32,000 nt of DNA from Trichodesmium erythraeum IMS101 (GTDB taxonomy: Bacteria; Cyanobacteriota; Cyanobacteriia; Cyanobacteriales; Microcoleaceae). Numbering within the stretch: the first letter of the stretch is position 1; each line of letters starts with the position of its first letter. This document shows positions 10,519-21,479 of the stretch, one piece after another. Below the pieces are notes generated by a model, which saw only the letters and a program-made list of their open reading frames with translations, made no database searches and was not told where the DNA came from. The translations under genes were made by a program, and so were the position numbers. Location of the stretch: positions 2,130,001 through 2,162,000 of the forward strand of contig NC_008312.1 of the NCBI RefSeq assembly GCF_000014265.1, given 5' to 3'.

Positions 10519-13318
10519 GATAAAATACTCACGGGGTGACAAGCAGCTCGAAACTATTGAAAGATAGTGGTTTTCCGGATATTCACTCTGTCAAAAATTG
10601 ACTTTTTTTCTGAGAATGATAATTGTTCTTTTTAAGATCTGGGTTAGGGATTAACTCACATTACCATTTTTGTGTCCACCTTTGTGGTAGCGACAAATCA
10701 CATTATATGGTAACAAAAGTCAGTCCATTTATATAAATAGACCGACCCCAATGGATTTTTTTTCATTATCTGAGTCAGATTTTCAATAATCTTTGACTGA
10801 AGGTCAATTCCAAACTTGAAAAATTTTAGTTTGGTTATTGACTGTTCACAAAACTGTTGAAATAGAAAGACTAGCTGCCTGTTTTCCTTTACCAATTAAA
10901 TATGAGAGTCGCCGGAAACATATACAAAAGACATCTCCAAAAATACTCAAACGCTTATCCTAACTATCTTTAGTGGTGCTATCGCTACTTATGAAGATAG
11001 TTAATTTGTACAGTTTTATGGGCATCAGAGATACTTCGTGTTACTAATTCAAATATTTATTGTACTTTAATTTATTATTTTTATCTCAGCTTTTGATGGT
11101 TTATACTAATATAAAAGAGCCAATTCTTAGTCGCACTAAACCACATATTGTTAAGATTACTTTTTGATAATTATTATCTTTTAATCTGAATCTTTCTCTA
11201 GCAATTCTAAATATTTTAATTAATCTTATTATATGTTCTACAAATATTCTCTTTCTGGCTTTTTCTTGATTTTCTTCTTTGATTTCTAGCGGCATTTCTT
11301 TTTTTCTTGGTTTCTTTTTTGGTGTGGTAGTTCTTTCTATTCCTTCATAAGCTTTATCTCCTTAAAATTTTTGTTTTTTATCAAATTTATCCTGTTGTTT
11401 TCTTAATATCTTTACCTCACTTACTGGACCTTTTTCTCCTACTATTACATCTACTATTTCTGTTCCTTTTGGTGTCGTTATTATTTGATTTTTAAAAGTA
11501 TGATTTTTCTTTTTTCATATTTGATATTTTTCTTGGTCTTTATATTCACTTGGTCTTTCTCTACTTTGTTCTGTACTATCTACAATTAATTCTAATTCTG
11601 TTAATATCTCCTTTACCCATTCCAATTCATTTTCTTTTTTTTTACTTGTTCTAATAAACTTGCTGGCAGTAATTCTCTGAAAATATCTATCCAGTAATGA
11701 AAAATATTATTAGCACTTGATTCACTTATACCAAAGTTAATTCCTAATGTTTGAAAACTTGGTATTTGATGTAAATAAAATAACGTTAAAATTATTTCTT
11801 CTTCCTTTGTTAAATTCTTTTTTCTGACTCCACCTGCTTTAATTAGTCTTTTTTCTGTTTTGGCGATCGCCTCCTTTTTCTCTGATTCTATTATTTGGGC
11901 CTTTGCTATTAATTTTATTAGCTGTTCATAAGTAATGCCAATAATTCTTTTTGTTTCTTTTGGATGATTATAAATATATTCTAAAGTTGGATTCATTTGG
12001 GAGACTTCATACATAAATGGTTTTGATAATTTTACCTTATTTTTTATTTTGGAGATGTCTAAAGATTTTTAACATTATATTTTTGAGCTTTCCCTTGTTG
12101 TGGTTTCCGATGATAATTATGATTTTTAGTCCATAATTTCCCGATGGTAGTCAATTAATTTTTACTATAGATAAGACGCAATGGAAAGATAGTAATATCT
12201 TTGTTATTTCTGTCAGATGTAAAAAACGAGTATTACCTATTTATTGGCTAGTTTTGAATAAAAAAGGCTCTAGTAATTTGGCATAACAAAAATGACTTAT
12301 TAAACTAGTTTTACGGTCATTAAAAAAATATAAGTTTTTATTTATTGCAGATAGATAATTCTATGGTGTAGAGTTATCATACTGGCTAAAAAAGCTAAAA
12401 TTACCTCAAAAAATTTATTTTTTTTCAGGCAAAAAATGAATACTGACTATAAATAAAACGGTTAAAAGTACTATTAATTCACTAATTTAGCCGTATATCC
12501 GGGAAATTCAATATTTTTAAGTAACATTAATATTACTCATAAAAATAATTTAGGTATTTTAATTTAGCTGCCTATTGGAGAAGAAAATATAAAAATAAAA
12601 TGGATAAATAACCTTGGTACTTGTTGACAAATATTGAAAAGATAAAATTATCAAAAATTATCGATCGAGAATGTTTATTGAAGCTATGTTGTCTAGTTGT
12701 AAGAAAGGAAAATATAATCTAGAAGTTAGTCAGGCTAATATACAACGTTTTACTAATTTAATTGTATTAGTAGCCATTGCTTACACTGCTGAATTTTATC
12801 ATGGTAATTATATCAAAAAATTAGGATATCAAAGATATATTTGTCGATAAAAAAAACAGGGCGAAGAGACAGAAAAAATAGTAATTTTTGGGTAGGTATG
12901 TATGGTGAATTATAGGTACTTGCTGGGGATTATTTAGTTTATATTGTTCAACAGATAATAAAGCTTAGTTCTCAAAAAAAGTCTGATTATCAAAGGTAAT
13001 TAAAAGCTCTGTCAATGTTAGATAATATCTAATTACTTACAGTCAATGTCTAGCAATTCATCTGATCATTAAAAAAAAGTCAATTGATTTACATGAATGT
13101 GATGTAATTTTATTATTGAATAATAAATTAACCTAATTTCAGTGATGTGAATTAGCTTTAGCGGAGGATGGTGGCGGCAGCTATACCGCTAACCTACATC
13201 CTAAAAAGAATAATTATTATTCTCAAAAAAAACGTCAATTTTTGACGGATTAAATATCTGGAGAAGCACTATCTATAAATGGTTTTAAGCTGCTTTTAAC
13301 CCCGTGAGGGTAAAATGT
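10519..13318 (+). mobile_element. IS4-family element with ~100-bp terminal inverted repeats, transposase decayed and interrupted
   Basis: 10519-10618 (ggataaaatactcacggggtgacaagcagctcgaaactattgaaagatagtgg...gtcaaaaattgac) is the near-perfect reverse complement of 13222-13318. Frames read ERLAACFPLPIKYESRRKHIQK | (insert) | IFN...IDKTQWKDSNIFVISV..KKRVLPIYWLVLNKKGSSNL ... with many stops. Confidence 0.7.
10929..12060 (-). mobile_element. Second IS5-family (DDE_Tnp_4-type) insertion sequence, decayed, 3-bp TSD AAA
   Basis: Ends agacatctccaaaaat (10929-) and ...ttttggagatgtct (-12060). AAA occurs at 10926-10928 and 12061-12063. ORFs 11613..12014 (HTH part) and 11101..11295 (RIFVEHIIRLIKIFRIARERFRL) are related to the 8243-9392 element. 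Confidence 0.8.
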
Positions 13319-13845
13319 GTAACTGTTTTTGAAAAGCATTTCCTAAAAAATTAAGCGAATGGTGAGCCCTTATTCTTATATTTTGTGACTATAGTAATTA
13401 ATGTTCAATTACATTTATATGACTATTTTATTGCCATTAAAATTTGGCAACTTTTCTATAGCAATTCATAATTTTTTTGCCTTAATAACTTAATTAATCA
13501 GCAATCAAAACATCTCCTTAATCTATATAATAATAGGTAGTTAATGCAATGGTTATTTTGCTTTTTGTTACTGATAGTGCTCGTAACTACTCTGTAACAA
13601 CCACCAAATAAACTTATACCCATTCTATTTCTATTCTAATAATATTTTTTGAAATTAGTATTACAGATTTTTTGTAAGTATTGATAATGTTTACTAGAGA
13701 TTTACAAAATTATTATTCATACTAGATTAAGAATTAAGCTTATTAAGCAATACAATGCTAAAAAATTAGACTTTTAGCTGATAAAAATTTTTAAATTATT
13801 CACAGCAAACTCTAATTCATTCAATTTTTCTATCAACCTGCCCGA

Positions 13846-14439
13846 CTACTCTAATTCCTGCCGCCCTTCTAAGGCACGCGCCAACGTCAACTCATCAGCA
13901 TATTCTAAATCTCCTCCCATAGGCAGACCAAAAGCAATGCGGGTAACTTTTGTAAAAGGTCTCAACAACTGACCCACATATAAAGTAGTAGTTTCTCCTT
14001 CCACACTGGGACTAATAGCAATAATTACTTCCTGAATATTTTCCTGACTCACTCGCCGTACCAATGGTTGAATACTCAACTGTTCCGGACCAATACCATC
14101 CATAGGCGAAATTACTCCACCCAGAACGTGATATTGACCCTTATATTCCCGTGTTTTTTCCAAGGCAATTAAATCACGGGAGTCACAGACAACACAAATA
14201 ACTTCTTTGTCTCGCTGAGGGTTGCGACAAATTTCACAAATAGGTTCAGCAGATAAATGGAAACACTTCTGACATAAACCTATTTTTTTCCTCGCATCAA
14301 CCAGAGCTTCAGCTAAAGCTTGAATTTCTGCTTCCGGGCGCTTAATAATATATAGTGCTAAACGTTGTGCTGTTTTCGGGCCAACTCCAGGCAAACGTTG
14401 TAATTGTTCAATTAACCGAGCTAAAGGCCGTGTATAAAT
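13846..14439 (-). CDS. recR: Recombination protein RecR
   Basis: Track ORF 13846..14394 has HhH ([12 protein letters not shown]), a C4 zinc finger ([16 protein letters not shown]) and a Toprim domain. The conserved N-terminus [16 protein letters not shown] is encoded in frame upstream of the track start. I therefore extend the 5' end to an ATT at 14439, which follows GGAGGAAA. See the finding on this start. Confidence 0.85.
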   Translation of the reverse strand: MYTRPLARLIEQLQRLPGVGPKTAQRLALYIIKRPEAEIQALAEALVDARKKIGLCQKCFHLSAEPICEICRNPQRDKEVICVVCDSRDLIALEKTREYKGQYHVLGGVISPMDGIGPEQLSIQPLVRRVSQENIQEVIIAISPSVEGETTTLYVGQLLRPFTKVTRIAFGLPMGGDLEYADELTLARALEGRQELE

Positions 14440-14764
14440 TTTAAATTTCCTCCGAAGTTATTTAACTTATCAGTTATCAGTACCGACCCTGCTCAGCATC
14501 AGACTTGATATACTGAACTTTATTCTTTTCATCCCCTAAAAAGAGGAAGCTATTGACCTGAATTTTTTGGTCAAATATTACTATCCAAATTTTATCATAA
14601 TCTTGGGTATTTAATAACTATCAGCCAAAGATAATAGAGTGCATATTTACCGCTAAAATTGAGACCGTGGAAAATATTTAAGAATCCTTTACATAGATGT
14701 GTCAATCCACTACTAGGGTGTCTAGGTCAAAGTTGTTGGTGAAACCTAACCTCCCGACTACCTT

Positions 14765-14810
14765 CTTTGGAAAGGAAAGGGGAATTGAACCCCTCTCTTT
14801 GAAAGAGACG
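14765..14810 (-). terminator. Possible intrinsic terminator downstream of the nanE-like gene
   Basis: On the minus strand, about 40 nt after the stop: hairpin tctctttcaaagaga, then aggggttcaattcccct (plus-strand 14778-14794), followed by tttcctttcc. T-rich but interrupted by C. Confidence 0.3.
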
Positions 14811-14835
14811 AGTTAGGACACATACACCAGAAGTA

Positions 14836-15510
14836 TTAACTTGTATAAGCCTTAACTTTACTATCAATTCCTGTAATATCTGTACCTACAACAACAGCAT
14901 AAGCTCCTAAATCTATAGCTTTTTTTGTCATTGCTGGAGAAGCAATTCCACCTTCACAAATTGCCGGAACTGCTATTTTTTTTACCATCTGCTTTAATAG
15001 TTCAAAGCCAGGGGGAGATTCTGTTTTAGTTTCCTCAGTATAACCATACAGAGTAGTAGCAATAAAATCTGCACCTGCTGCCACTGCTACTTTTGCTACT
15101 TCTATAGTATCCACATCTGCCATTACTGGTTTTCCCAATTCATTGTGGATGAAATTAATTAATGTTGCTAAAGTTGCTCCATCCGGACGTCTTCTGAGAG
15201 TACCATCAATAGCAATAATATCTGCTCCAACTTGAGCGATCGCTTCTGCATCTGATAAACGGGGTGTAATATAAACTTCAAAGCCTGGTACTTGTTGCTT
15301 CCACAAACCAATGATAGGTTGAGTAATTCTCTGTCGCACTGCCCGAATATGTGATGGAGTGTCTATTCTGACTCCCACTGCACCTTGATTTATAGATGCT
15401 TGTGCCATAGCTGCAATTACTTCTGGATGATGTAAAGGGGAGTTCGTAGGAGCTTGACAAGAAACTATTAAGCCTTTTGGTAATAGTAGATTAGGATGTT
15501 TGTTAGTCAT
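14836..15510 (-). CDS. nanE: Putative N-acetylmannosamine-6-phosphate 2-epimerase (NanE family TIM barrel)
   Basis: Intact 224-aa ORF. GLIVSCQA...GAVGVRI...ADIIAIDGT...PVMADVDT...GADFIATTLYGYT...EGGI matches the NanE family pattern. Confidence 0.8.
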   Translation of the reverse strand: MTNKHPNLLLPKGLIVSCQAPTNSPLHHPEVIAAMAQASINQGAVGVRIDTPSHIRAVRQRITQPIIGLWKQQVPGFEVYITPRLSDAEAIAQVGADIIAIDGTLRRRPDGATLATLINFIHNELGKPVMADVDTIEVAKVAVAAGADFIATTLYGYTEETKTESPPGFELLKQMVKKIAVPAICEGGIASPAMTKKAIDLGAYAVVVGTDITGIDSKVKAYTS

Positions 15511-15651
15511 AATTAAAAATAGCTTTGATTTTGGTCTTTTCTCTCTCCGTTCTAGTACCGCTTAAACATAAGCTTGTAGTACTCACTACTAATCAGTACA
15601 ATGGCCAAAAAATTAGGTCTCAAAAAAATACTCACCACTAGTATTTCTGGT

Positions 15652-15730
15652 GTTGGTGAATTAGAGTCTGATTTAAGTTCATAGCGATCGCTGTAAATAT
15701 CCATAAGGAACTGGAACATCCCAAAATTTT
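15652..15730 (-). mobile_element. Solo terminal fragment of the IS1-family element
   Basis: gttggtgaattagagtctgatttaagttcatagcgatcgctgtaaatatccataaggaactggaacatcccaaaatt aligns with the reverse complement of the right end at 1595-1674 (ggcgttggtgaattaaggtatgatttgagttcatagtgatggctgtgaatatctctaaggaactggaacatcccaaaatt). Confidence 0.6.
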
Positions 15731-15795
15731 AGATCAGGACTTAAGCAATAACATTATATATAACCTACTAATTTATTTCAGGCTTTTTAAAAAAA

Positions 15796-15993
15796 TTATA
15801 GCGATCGCCTCAAAATAGATACCATATTCAAAACCAGGGTAAAAAGCACATAAGAAATAAAAATAGTCCTGAATATTATTGTAGGCTTCTTGAACTTTTG
15901 GCTCAAATAGTCTGAAAGTAATTCGTGTTTGACTTGATCAATAGTTTTTTCTATTTTTACTGCTAATCTTTTTAAGAATTTCCATACTAACAT
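15796..15993 (-). CDS. Hypothetical small protein with one hydrophobic segment
   Basis: 65-aa ORF on the same strand and just downstream of the kinase gene. Contains one TM-like stretch (IFISYVLFTLVLNMVSIL). No recognisable family, so it may be spurious. Confidence 0.2.
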   Translation of the reverse strand: MLVWKFLKRLAVKIEKTIDQVKHELLSDYLSQKFKKPTIIFRTIFISYVLFTLVLNMVSILRRSL

Positions 15994-16091
15994 AGCACAA
16001 GCTATGTGATTTTTGAGAATTTTTCTAAGGCAAAATTAACAAGATTTTATACCTGTTAATTGCTTAGATAACTGACAAATAGCAATTGATT

Positions 16092-18653
16092 TTAATTAGC
16101 CAGTAAATGTATCATTTTATTCAATAAATATTCAAGATTAACTGGTTTAGTTAAACATTCATCCACACCAATAGCATCACAATATTCCCGATTTATTTCT
16201 GTATTCAAAGTAGTTAATGCCAAAAATTTAATATTTTTACTGCTGCTTGTTGTGCGTAACTGATCGATAATTTCTATGCCATTAATTCCCGGTAACTGCA
16301 TATCTATAATTATAACAACAGGTTGCAATAAAATGACTTGCTCAACAGCAGTAGAACCTTCTATTATCCACACAACCTTTAACCCTGCTGTTGTTAAAAT
16401 ATCACAAATTACTGTAGCGATATCTTCTTCTTGTTCGATCAATACTACACTGCCTTGTAAAGATAAAACATTTGATAAACTTTCTCCTTTTTGTTTACGT
16501 TTTTCATTTCCTGATTTAAGTTGTTGTGCTGGCAATTTAACTGTAAAAGTAGAGCCGACATTGACAGTAGATTCCACTTCAATAATTCCATTATGAAGTT
16601 CAACTAATTGTTTAGTTAAAGCTAGACCTAAACCAGTACCTCCTTGTTGACGGTTATAAGGAGAATTTAGTTGTTGAAATTTCTTAAATAATAATGGTTT
16701 TTGCTCTTGAGAAATTCCCATACCAGTATCTTCTACTTGAAAAATTGCTGTATTTTTATATCTCATAACTTTAAGTCTTACACTACCCCCATTAGGAGTA
16801 AATTTAATCCCATTACTCAGAAGATTAAAAAGAATCTGTTTAACTCGTCTTTGGTCAGCAGCAAATAGATCTAATTGTGGATTTACTGTTGGTTCAAAAA
16901 TTAGTTTAACTTCATTCTGTTCCGCCTTTTCCCTAAAATTTTGCAAAAGTTCATAACTAATTTTAGACAGAGAAAATTCACTAATTTTTAATACTGTTTT
17001 GCCTGCTTCTACTTGAGATAAATCTAGAATATCATTGATTAATTCCAGGAGATGTTCGCCACTATCATGGATTATTTTTAAATAATCTCTTTGCTTTTGT
17101 ATCGGCATTTTCTTAGCTCCTCTATTGCCATAAGACCACTGCAAAAGAGTTGAAGAAATACCAATAACACAGGTCAGAGGAGTGCGTAATTCATGGCTCA
17201 TTGTAGCTAAAAATTCACTTTTAGCACGGTTAGCTGATTCTGCACTTTGAACCGCATCATAAAGATCCTGAATTCGCTCAACTACCCGTTTTTCTAAAGT
17301 TTGTTTTTGCTTTTGTAATTCTCCATATAATTGAGCTTGATAAATAGCGATAGCTAAATGTTCTGCAATTTCTTCAAGAAATCTTTTTTCATCATCTTGC
17401 CATTCTCGCTCAGAACATTGATGAGCAATTAATAATCCCCACAATTTTTGATCAACTATAATTGGTACTAATAATTTAGCTTTTATTTGATGTTGTTCCA
17501 TCAATTCTAGTAGCTCAGGAAACTTCTCATAAGCTACTTCAATATCAGCTATAAAATGAACAGAGATTTTACTATATTCAAATAAAGAACTATTAGGAAG
17601 AAAAAAGCAGTTTTTTCTCTCACTTAAACCTAATAAAGAAGAAATTTTATTAGATACCAAAGACTCATACTTGACGGAGCCTTTTTGTTCATTTACTGTT
17701 GTAATATTATCTGTTAATAATAAGGGATTATTCAACTCATAAATCAATAATCTATCTACTTGTATAAACTTTCTGACCTCCTTCACAGCAGTTGATAAAA
17801 TTTCTGGCAGTTCTAAACTTTGACGAATTTGAGCTGTGACTTGATTAAGAAGTCTTTCTTGTTCTAGTTTTTGATTTAGAGCTATCTCAATAGGTTTACA
17901 TACTAATGGATATTCTTGATCATTCATAACTGAATCTGATGCTAATAATTTCTTATTTTGTAGCAAATTAGTTTCTGTTATGAATTCAGTATTAGTAGTA
18001 GATTTGCTATGAAAATTAATTTTTGATAGCTCAGTATAATTTTTTTTTTCCCTTGGTTTTTGATTACTTGTCATCCTGAAAATAGAATCTATTTTTTCAT
18101 CAGAAGTCAATAATTTGATTAATTTCAAGGTAAATTCACTCTGGATACTACTATTATTTGCTTGAAGATGATTAATTCTATATTTAAGTTTAGATCTTAT
18201 GAATAACTTAGTTTTGTCTGCCTCTAATCTATTAATAATTTGGTGTAAAAAAAATTTAATTTCCTCTGGATCAAAACTTAACCCTACATTAAGTTTTAAA
18301 CTTCCCAAATTTTTCGTATTAAAGGGAAAGCTAAAAGAGTTAGATTGTAAACTATAACTTTTTTCTTGCTGTTCTCTATTCTGGCTCTTAGGGTTTGATA
18401 AATCCTTGATGAGTTTGCCCCACAAAAGCCCATTAAACTTCTTGGAAATAACTGCTGTGAATTTTACCCCTGGAAAAATCAGGGATTGAGTGGTTGCCAA
18501 TATATCTTCTGTAATGATTATACTGTCTAAACCTTGAACGGTTTTTTGTAATAGTTGACTTAACGGCTCAAGTATATTTAAAGGCAAAATTAAGTCTGGT
18601 TTTGCTGGTGGGAAACTGGGCATATCCCCAATTATTTTGTATGAAATAGCCAT
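16092..18653 (-). CDS. Hybrid sensor histidine kinase: N-terminal region - GAF - HisKA - HATPase_c - receiver (possibly CikA-like)
   Basis: Intact 853-aa ORF. GAF-like core (VDRLLIYEL...LLVPI...LWGLLIAHQC), H-box ATMSHELRTPLTCVIG, N/G boxes (LFNLLSNGIKFTP, VEDTGMGI, GGTGLGLALTK) and a C-terminal receiver (VVIIIDMQLPGINGIE...TKP). The extended H-box region (QRDYLKIIHDSGEHLLELINDILDLSQVEAGK) recalls CikA, but I cannot confirm that. Confidence 0.9.
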   Translation of the reverse strand: MAISYKIIGDMPSFPPAKPDLILPLNILEPLSQLLQKTVQGLDSIIITEDILATTQSLIFPGVKFTAVISKKFNGLLWGKLIKDLSNPKSQNREQQEKSYSLQSNSFSFPFNTKNLGSLKLNVGLSFDPEEIKFFLHQIINRLEADKTKLFIRSKLKYRINHLQANNSSIQSEFTLKLIKLLTSDEKIDSIFRMTSNQKPREKKNYTELSKINFHSKSTTNTEFITETNLLQNKKLLASDSVMNDQEYPLVCKPIEIALNQKLEQERLLNQVTAQIRQSLELPEILSTAVKEVRKFIQVDRLLIYELNNPLLLTDNITTVNEQKGSVKYESLVSNKISSLLGLSERKNCFFLPNSSLFEYSKISVHFIADIEVAYEKFPELLELMEQHQIKAKLLVPIIVDQKLWGLLIAHQCSEREWQDDEKRFLEEIAEHLAIAIYQAQLYGELQKQKQTLEKRVVERIQDLYDAVQSAESANRAKSEFLATMSHELRTPLTCVIGISSTLLQWSYGNRGAKKMPIQKQRDYLKIIHDSGEHLLELINDILDLSQVEAGKTVLKISEFSLSKISYELLQNFREKAEQNEVKLIFEPTVNPQLDLFAADQRRVKQILFNLLSNGIKFTPNGGSVRLKVMRYKNTAIFQVEDTGMGISQEQKPLLFKKFQQLNSPYNRQQGGTGLGLALTKQLVELHNGIIEVESTVNVGSTFTVKLPAQQLKSGNEKRKQKGESLSNVLSLQGSVVLIEQEEDIATVICDILTTAGLKVVWIIEGSTAVEQVILLQPVVIIIDMQLPGINGIEIIDQLRTTSSSKNIKFLALTTLNTEINREYCDAIGVDECLTKPVNLEYLLNKMIHLLAN

Positions 18654-19879
18654 AATACTTATATAATATTTTAGCGCTGGACAAAGATTATTATTTATGC
18701 AATCATTAAATACTAATTAAATGTTAGATTATTTAATCTAATTTGTAACAGTATTTATGCAGCAAAAGAAGAAACCTAGTTGATAGCAATATTATTATTT
18801 TCAAACTAATAAATTTCGTTTAATTACCCAATTTTTGGGTAAATAATGCAAATTAATTCAAGCTTAATTTTTTTCATTTTTTTAATTTATTTCTGATTAT
18901 TTTTAATGATAAATTATACTCAATTATTACATTCTAAACTTGCCTCATAACAATTTTAAAGTCAATTTAACTACTTGATAAAAAAGAGTAGTAAAAAAAA
19001 TAGATTACAACCATAATTACCTTGAATTATTATTACTAAAAGTTACAAAATGTTGGCTATATTTTTCCAAACTAGGTTATTGCAATATATGAAATTACCT
19101 GAAAATAAAAAAATATATAATAGTCTATAATAGCTTTCCTATTAGTCAATTGCTAGATTGTATCAGCACTCCTTCTCTAGTTATTTAAGCAAAATTTTAA
19201 ATTATCATCCTGTAGTGATCACAACACTAAATATAGCAAAAAATTATGTTTATAAACCTCCTGATTATAGTTTGGTATAAAACTAGTTTTAGATTGATAT
19301 AATTACATGATTTATTATTGGCAGAATCAAAAATTTTCCTAAATATAGATAGAAAGTTTCAATAACAAACCCAGAAGTATCATTCAGTTCTTCCAAAATT
19401 ATATACTGAAGAAAATGATGATGATGAACCGACTGGTTTTCTATTAAACTCAACATTTATACCCTAATCAAAAAAAATTGAAAAGAAACTCAAACAGCAA
19501 AAAAAAATAAATCAGCTCTAAGGGAATAGAGAGTAGGGAATAGTGGTAATTAGATATTTTCTAGGATAAAAAATGCCTGTTTACACAGCATTCGGATGGA
19601 AAAATTACCCTAGGTAAGGAAATTACATCAATGCCATAAAAATTCCTATAAACCCGGCTTCCTAAGTATTGATACTTTTTTGATATTAAAGTTTTTGCTT
19701 ATTTATATTTAATTTATATTTAAGCGAATTTTTGGTAACCGTAAGTGCCTTATTCCATATCAGGAATCAGGAATTAGGGAGTAGAATAGGGAACAATTAA
19801 AAAATATCTACCTACTAACCGTACCATATTAATAACCGAATATGTTATATCTTAATCAATTAAATTTAGGAGAAACAAA

Positions 19880-20767
19880 ATGAAGTTACCAACTTTTTTA
19901 GTTGTAGGCATAGAGAAAGCAGGAACTACATCAATTTATCAATATTTAAACCAACATCCCCAAGTTTATATGAGTCCTGTCAAAGAAACAAACTTTTTGG
20001 AGAGAGATTGGGAAAATTTTCAAGGGAAACCAAATCCAAAAATAATTGATACTTGGGAAAAATACTGCAACCTTTTTAACGATGTTCAAGATGAAGTTGC
20101 TATTGGTGAAGTATCTCCTAATTATCTTTTTCATTATAAATTTTCATCCTTAAGGATTATTAAATACGTTCCTGATGTGAAAATGATAGCTATACTTAGA
20201 AATCCAGTAGATAGAGCTTATTCTGACTATTTAATGCACCTTCGTGATTCTATAAATATGGAAAAACTTCATTCTTTAACTGAACAAGTTAGATTTCGTG
20301 CTGATACTTCTTTCACTCTTAAAAAAGGATTTTACTTTACTCCAGTTAAGCATTATTTTGATACTTTTGGGAAAGAAAGAGTGAAAATTTATCTGTATGA
20401 TAACTTGTCTGAAAATTCTTTGGGAATGATGCAGGATATGTATCAATTTATTGGAGTAAATAGTAACTTTATTCCAGACACCTCAAAACGTCAACAAGTT
20501 GCTGCAGTTCCTAAGAACCAATCTCTGAATAATTTAATCAAAACTAAAAATCCTGTCAGAGCAGCAGTTTCATCTATTTTAAGGGTGGTAATGCCTCGGG
20601 AAATGAGACAAAAATTACGCTCTAGCTTAATCAATTTCAATTCAGGAGGAAAAGAACTCAAACCTCTTTCTTCAGAAGAACGTCAGCTATTAATTGATTT
20701 CTACCGTGAAGATATTCTTAAGCTACAAAATTTGATTCAAAGAGACCTTTCATCTTGGTTAATTTAG
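19880..20767 (+). CDS. Sulfotransferase family protein
   Basis: Intact 295-aa ORF with a PAPS 5'-phosphosulfate-binding loop (FLVVGIEKAGTTS) and a 3'-phosphate motif (ILRNPVDRAYSDY). Confidence 0.85.
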   Translation: MKLPTFLVVGIEKAGTTSIYQYLNQHPQVYMSPVKETNFLERDWENFQGKPNPKIIDTWEKYCNLFNDVQDEVAIGEVSPNYLFHYKFSSLRIIKYVPDVKMIAILRNPVDRAYSDYLMHLRDSINMEKLHSLTEQVRFRADTSFTLKKGFYFTPVKHYFDTFGKERVKIYLYDNLSENSLGMMQDMYQFIGVNSNFIPDTSKRQQVAAVPKNQSLNNLIKTKNPVRAAVSSILRVVMPREMRQKLRSSLINFNSGGKELKPLSSEERQLLIDFYREDILKLQNLIQRDLSSWLI

Positions 20768-20969
20768 GGAGTAGGAGATTGGGAGAGTTGGGGAGTAGAA
20801 AAGTTGGACATTAAGGGACTTATAGCAACATGGGCTAGTATGTTTGCACAATACAAATTACTACTGATGTAATATATTTGAAGGTATTGGTAGTAGTAGC
20901 ATAAATTTGTACTACATTTAAAGATAACAGGTCTTACACAAAGACACTATATATATTACCACTATATTG

Positions 20970-21116
20970 TCATCGTGTAAGCTCAATATTTGGGCGAAAT
21001 AACCATCTATATATCGAAGCTCTTCCTATCCCAAATGTATGAGCTGCTTTGGTAATTTTACCGCCATTTTCTGCAAAATTTATTACTTTTTGTCTGAAGT
21101 CTAAACTGTAAGACAT
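20970..21116 (-). pseudogene. IS630-family transposase N-terminal (HTH) remnant
   Basis: 48-codon ORF MSYSLDFRQKVINFAENGGKITKAAHTFGIGRASIYRWLFRPNIELTR*. It matches the N-terminal HTH of IS630-type orfA and nothing follows it. Below the track size cut-off. Confidence 0.5.
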
Positions 21117-21479
21117 AGCTCAAAATAGTTTCTAGTTGACTTAATTTTATTGTACTCAATTTTTGTTTCAATCTTAATTAAAACGACTATAGAGCCGACT
21201 ACCTCATCTATACCTTCCCTGTTCCTCCGTAGGGACGTTCCATAACAAAAATGCGTTCATGTCGCATTCGCGTTAGCTCCCTACCTACTCCTCTGCTCAT
21301 TAAAAGACTTTTTCAGCAAACCCTAAATAGGCAAGATAATCTCTGTTAAAATCTTCTACTACTTAGAAGATAGAAATGTCAAAGTAGCGATCGCTAAATT
21401 TTGACTTCTGAAATTGAAAGTACCTTACCCACAAGTACGAGAGCCAGATGCTCCCACCCCCTACTCTCCTACTTCCTAA

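Noticed and set aside
14741-14830. tRNA-like signals on the minus strand. There is a perfect T-arm-like hairpin GGGGTTCAATTCCCC. Next to it is a hairpin whose 7-nt loop, TTTCAAA, would present a UCA (Sec/opal-suppressor) anticodon.
   Set aside because: No variable region lies between the two hairpins. No D-arm is present. The 3' flank (tttcctt) has no complementary acceptor 5' strand upstream. The anticodon hairpin is really a 7-bp perfect palindrome. It is more likely a palindromic repeat or terminator region bounded by cctaac/gttagg.
16276-16596. Antisense or overlapping ORFs inside confident genes: 16276..16596, 15278..15460, 19946..20134, 23908..24105, 23926..24231, 30788..30976, 490..675, 563..862. 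The same applies inside IS remnants: 7800..8099, 8407..8604, 8805..9020, 9666..9848, 10698..10895, 1310..1519.
   Set aside because: Each overlaps a longer ORF or a pseudogene frame that has clear family motifs on the other strand or frame. None shows a recognisable motif of its own.
19211-19226. NtcA/CRP-type site TGTAGTGATCACAACA (TGTA-N8-AACA, one mismatch to GTA-N8-TAC).
   Set aside because: It lies about 650 bp from the nearest downstream start (19880), with no convincing -10 spacing to a known transcript. A single near-consensus hit in 1.2 kb of AT-rich DNA is expected by chance.
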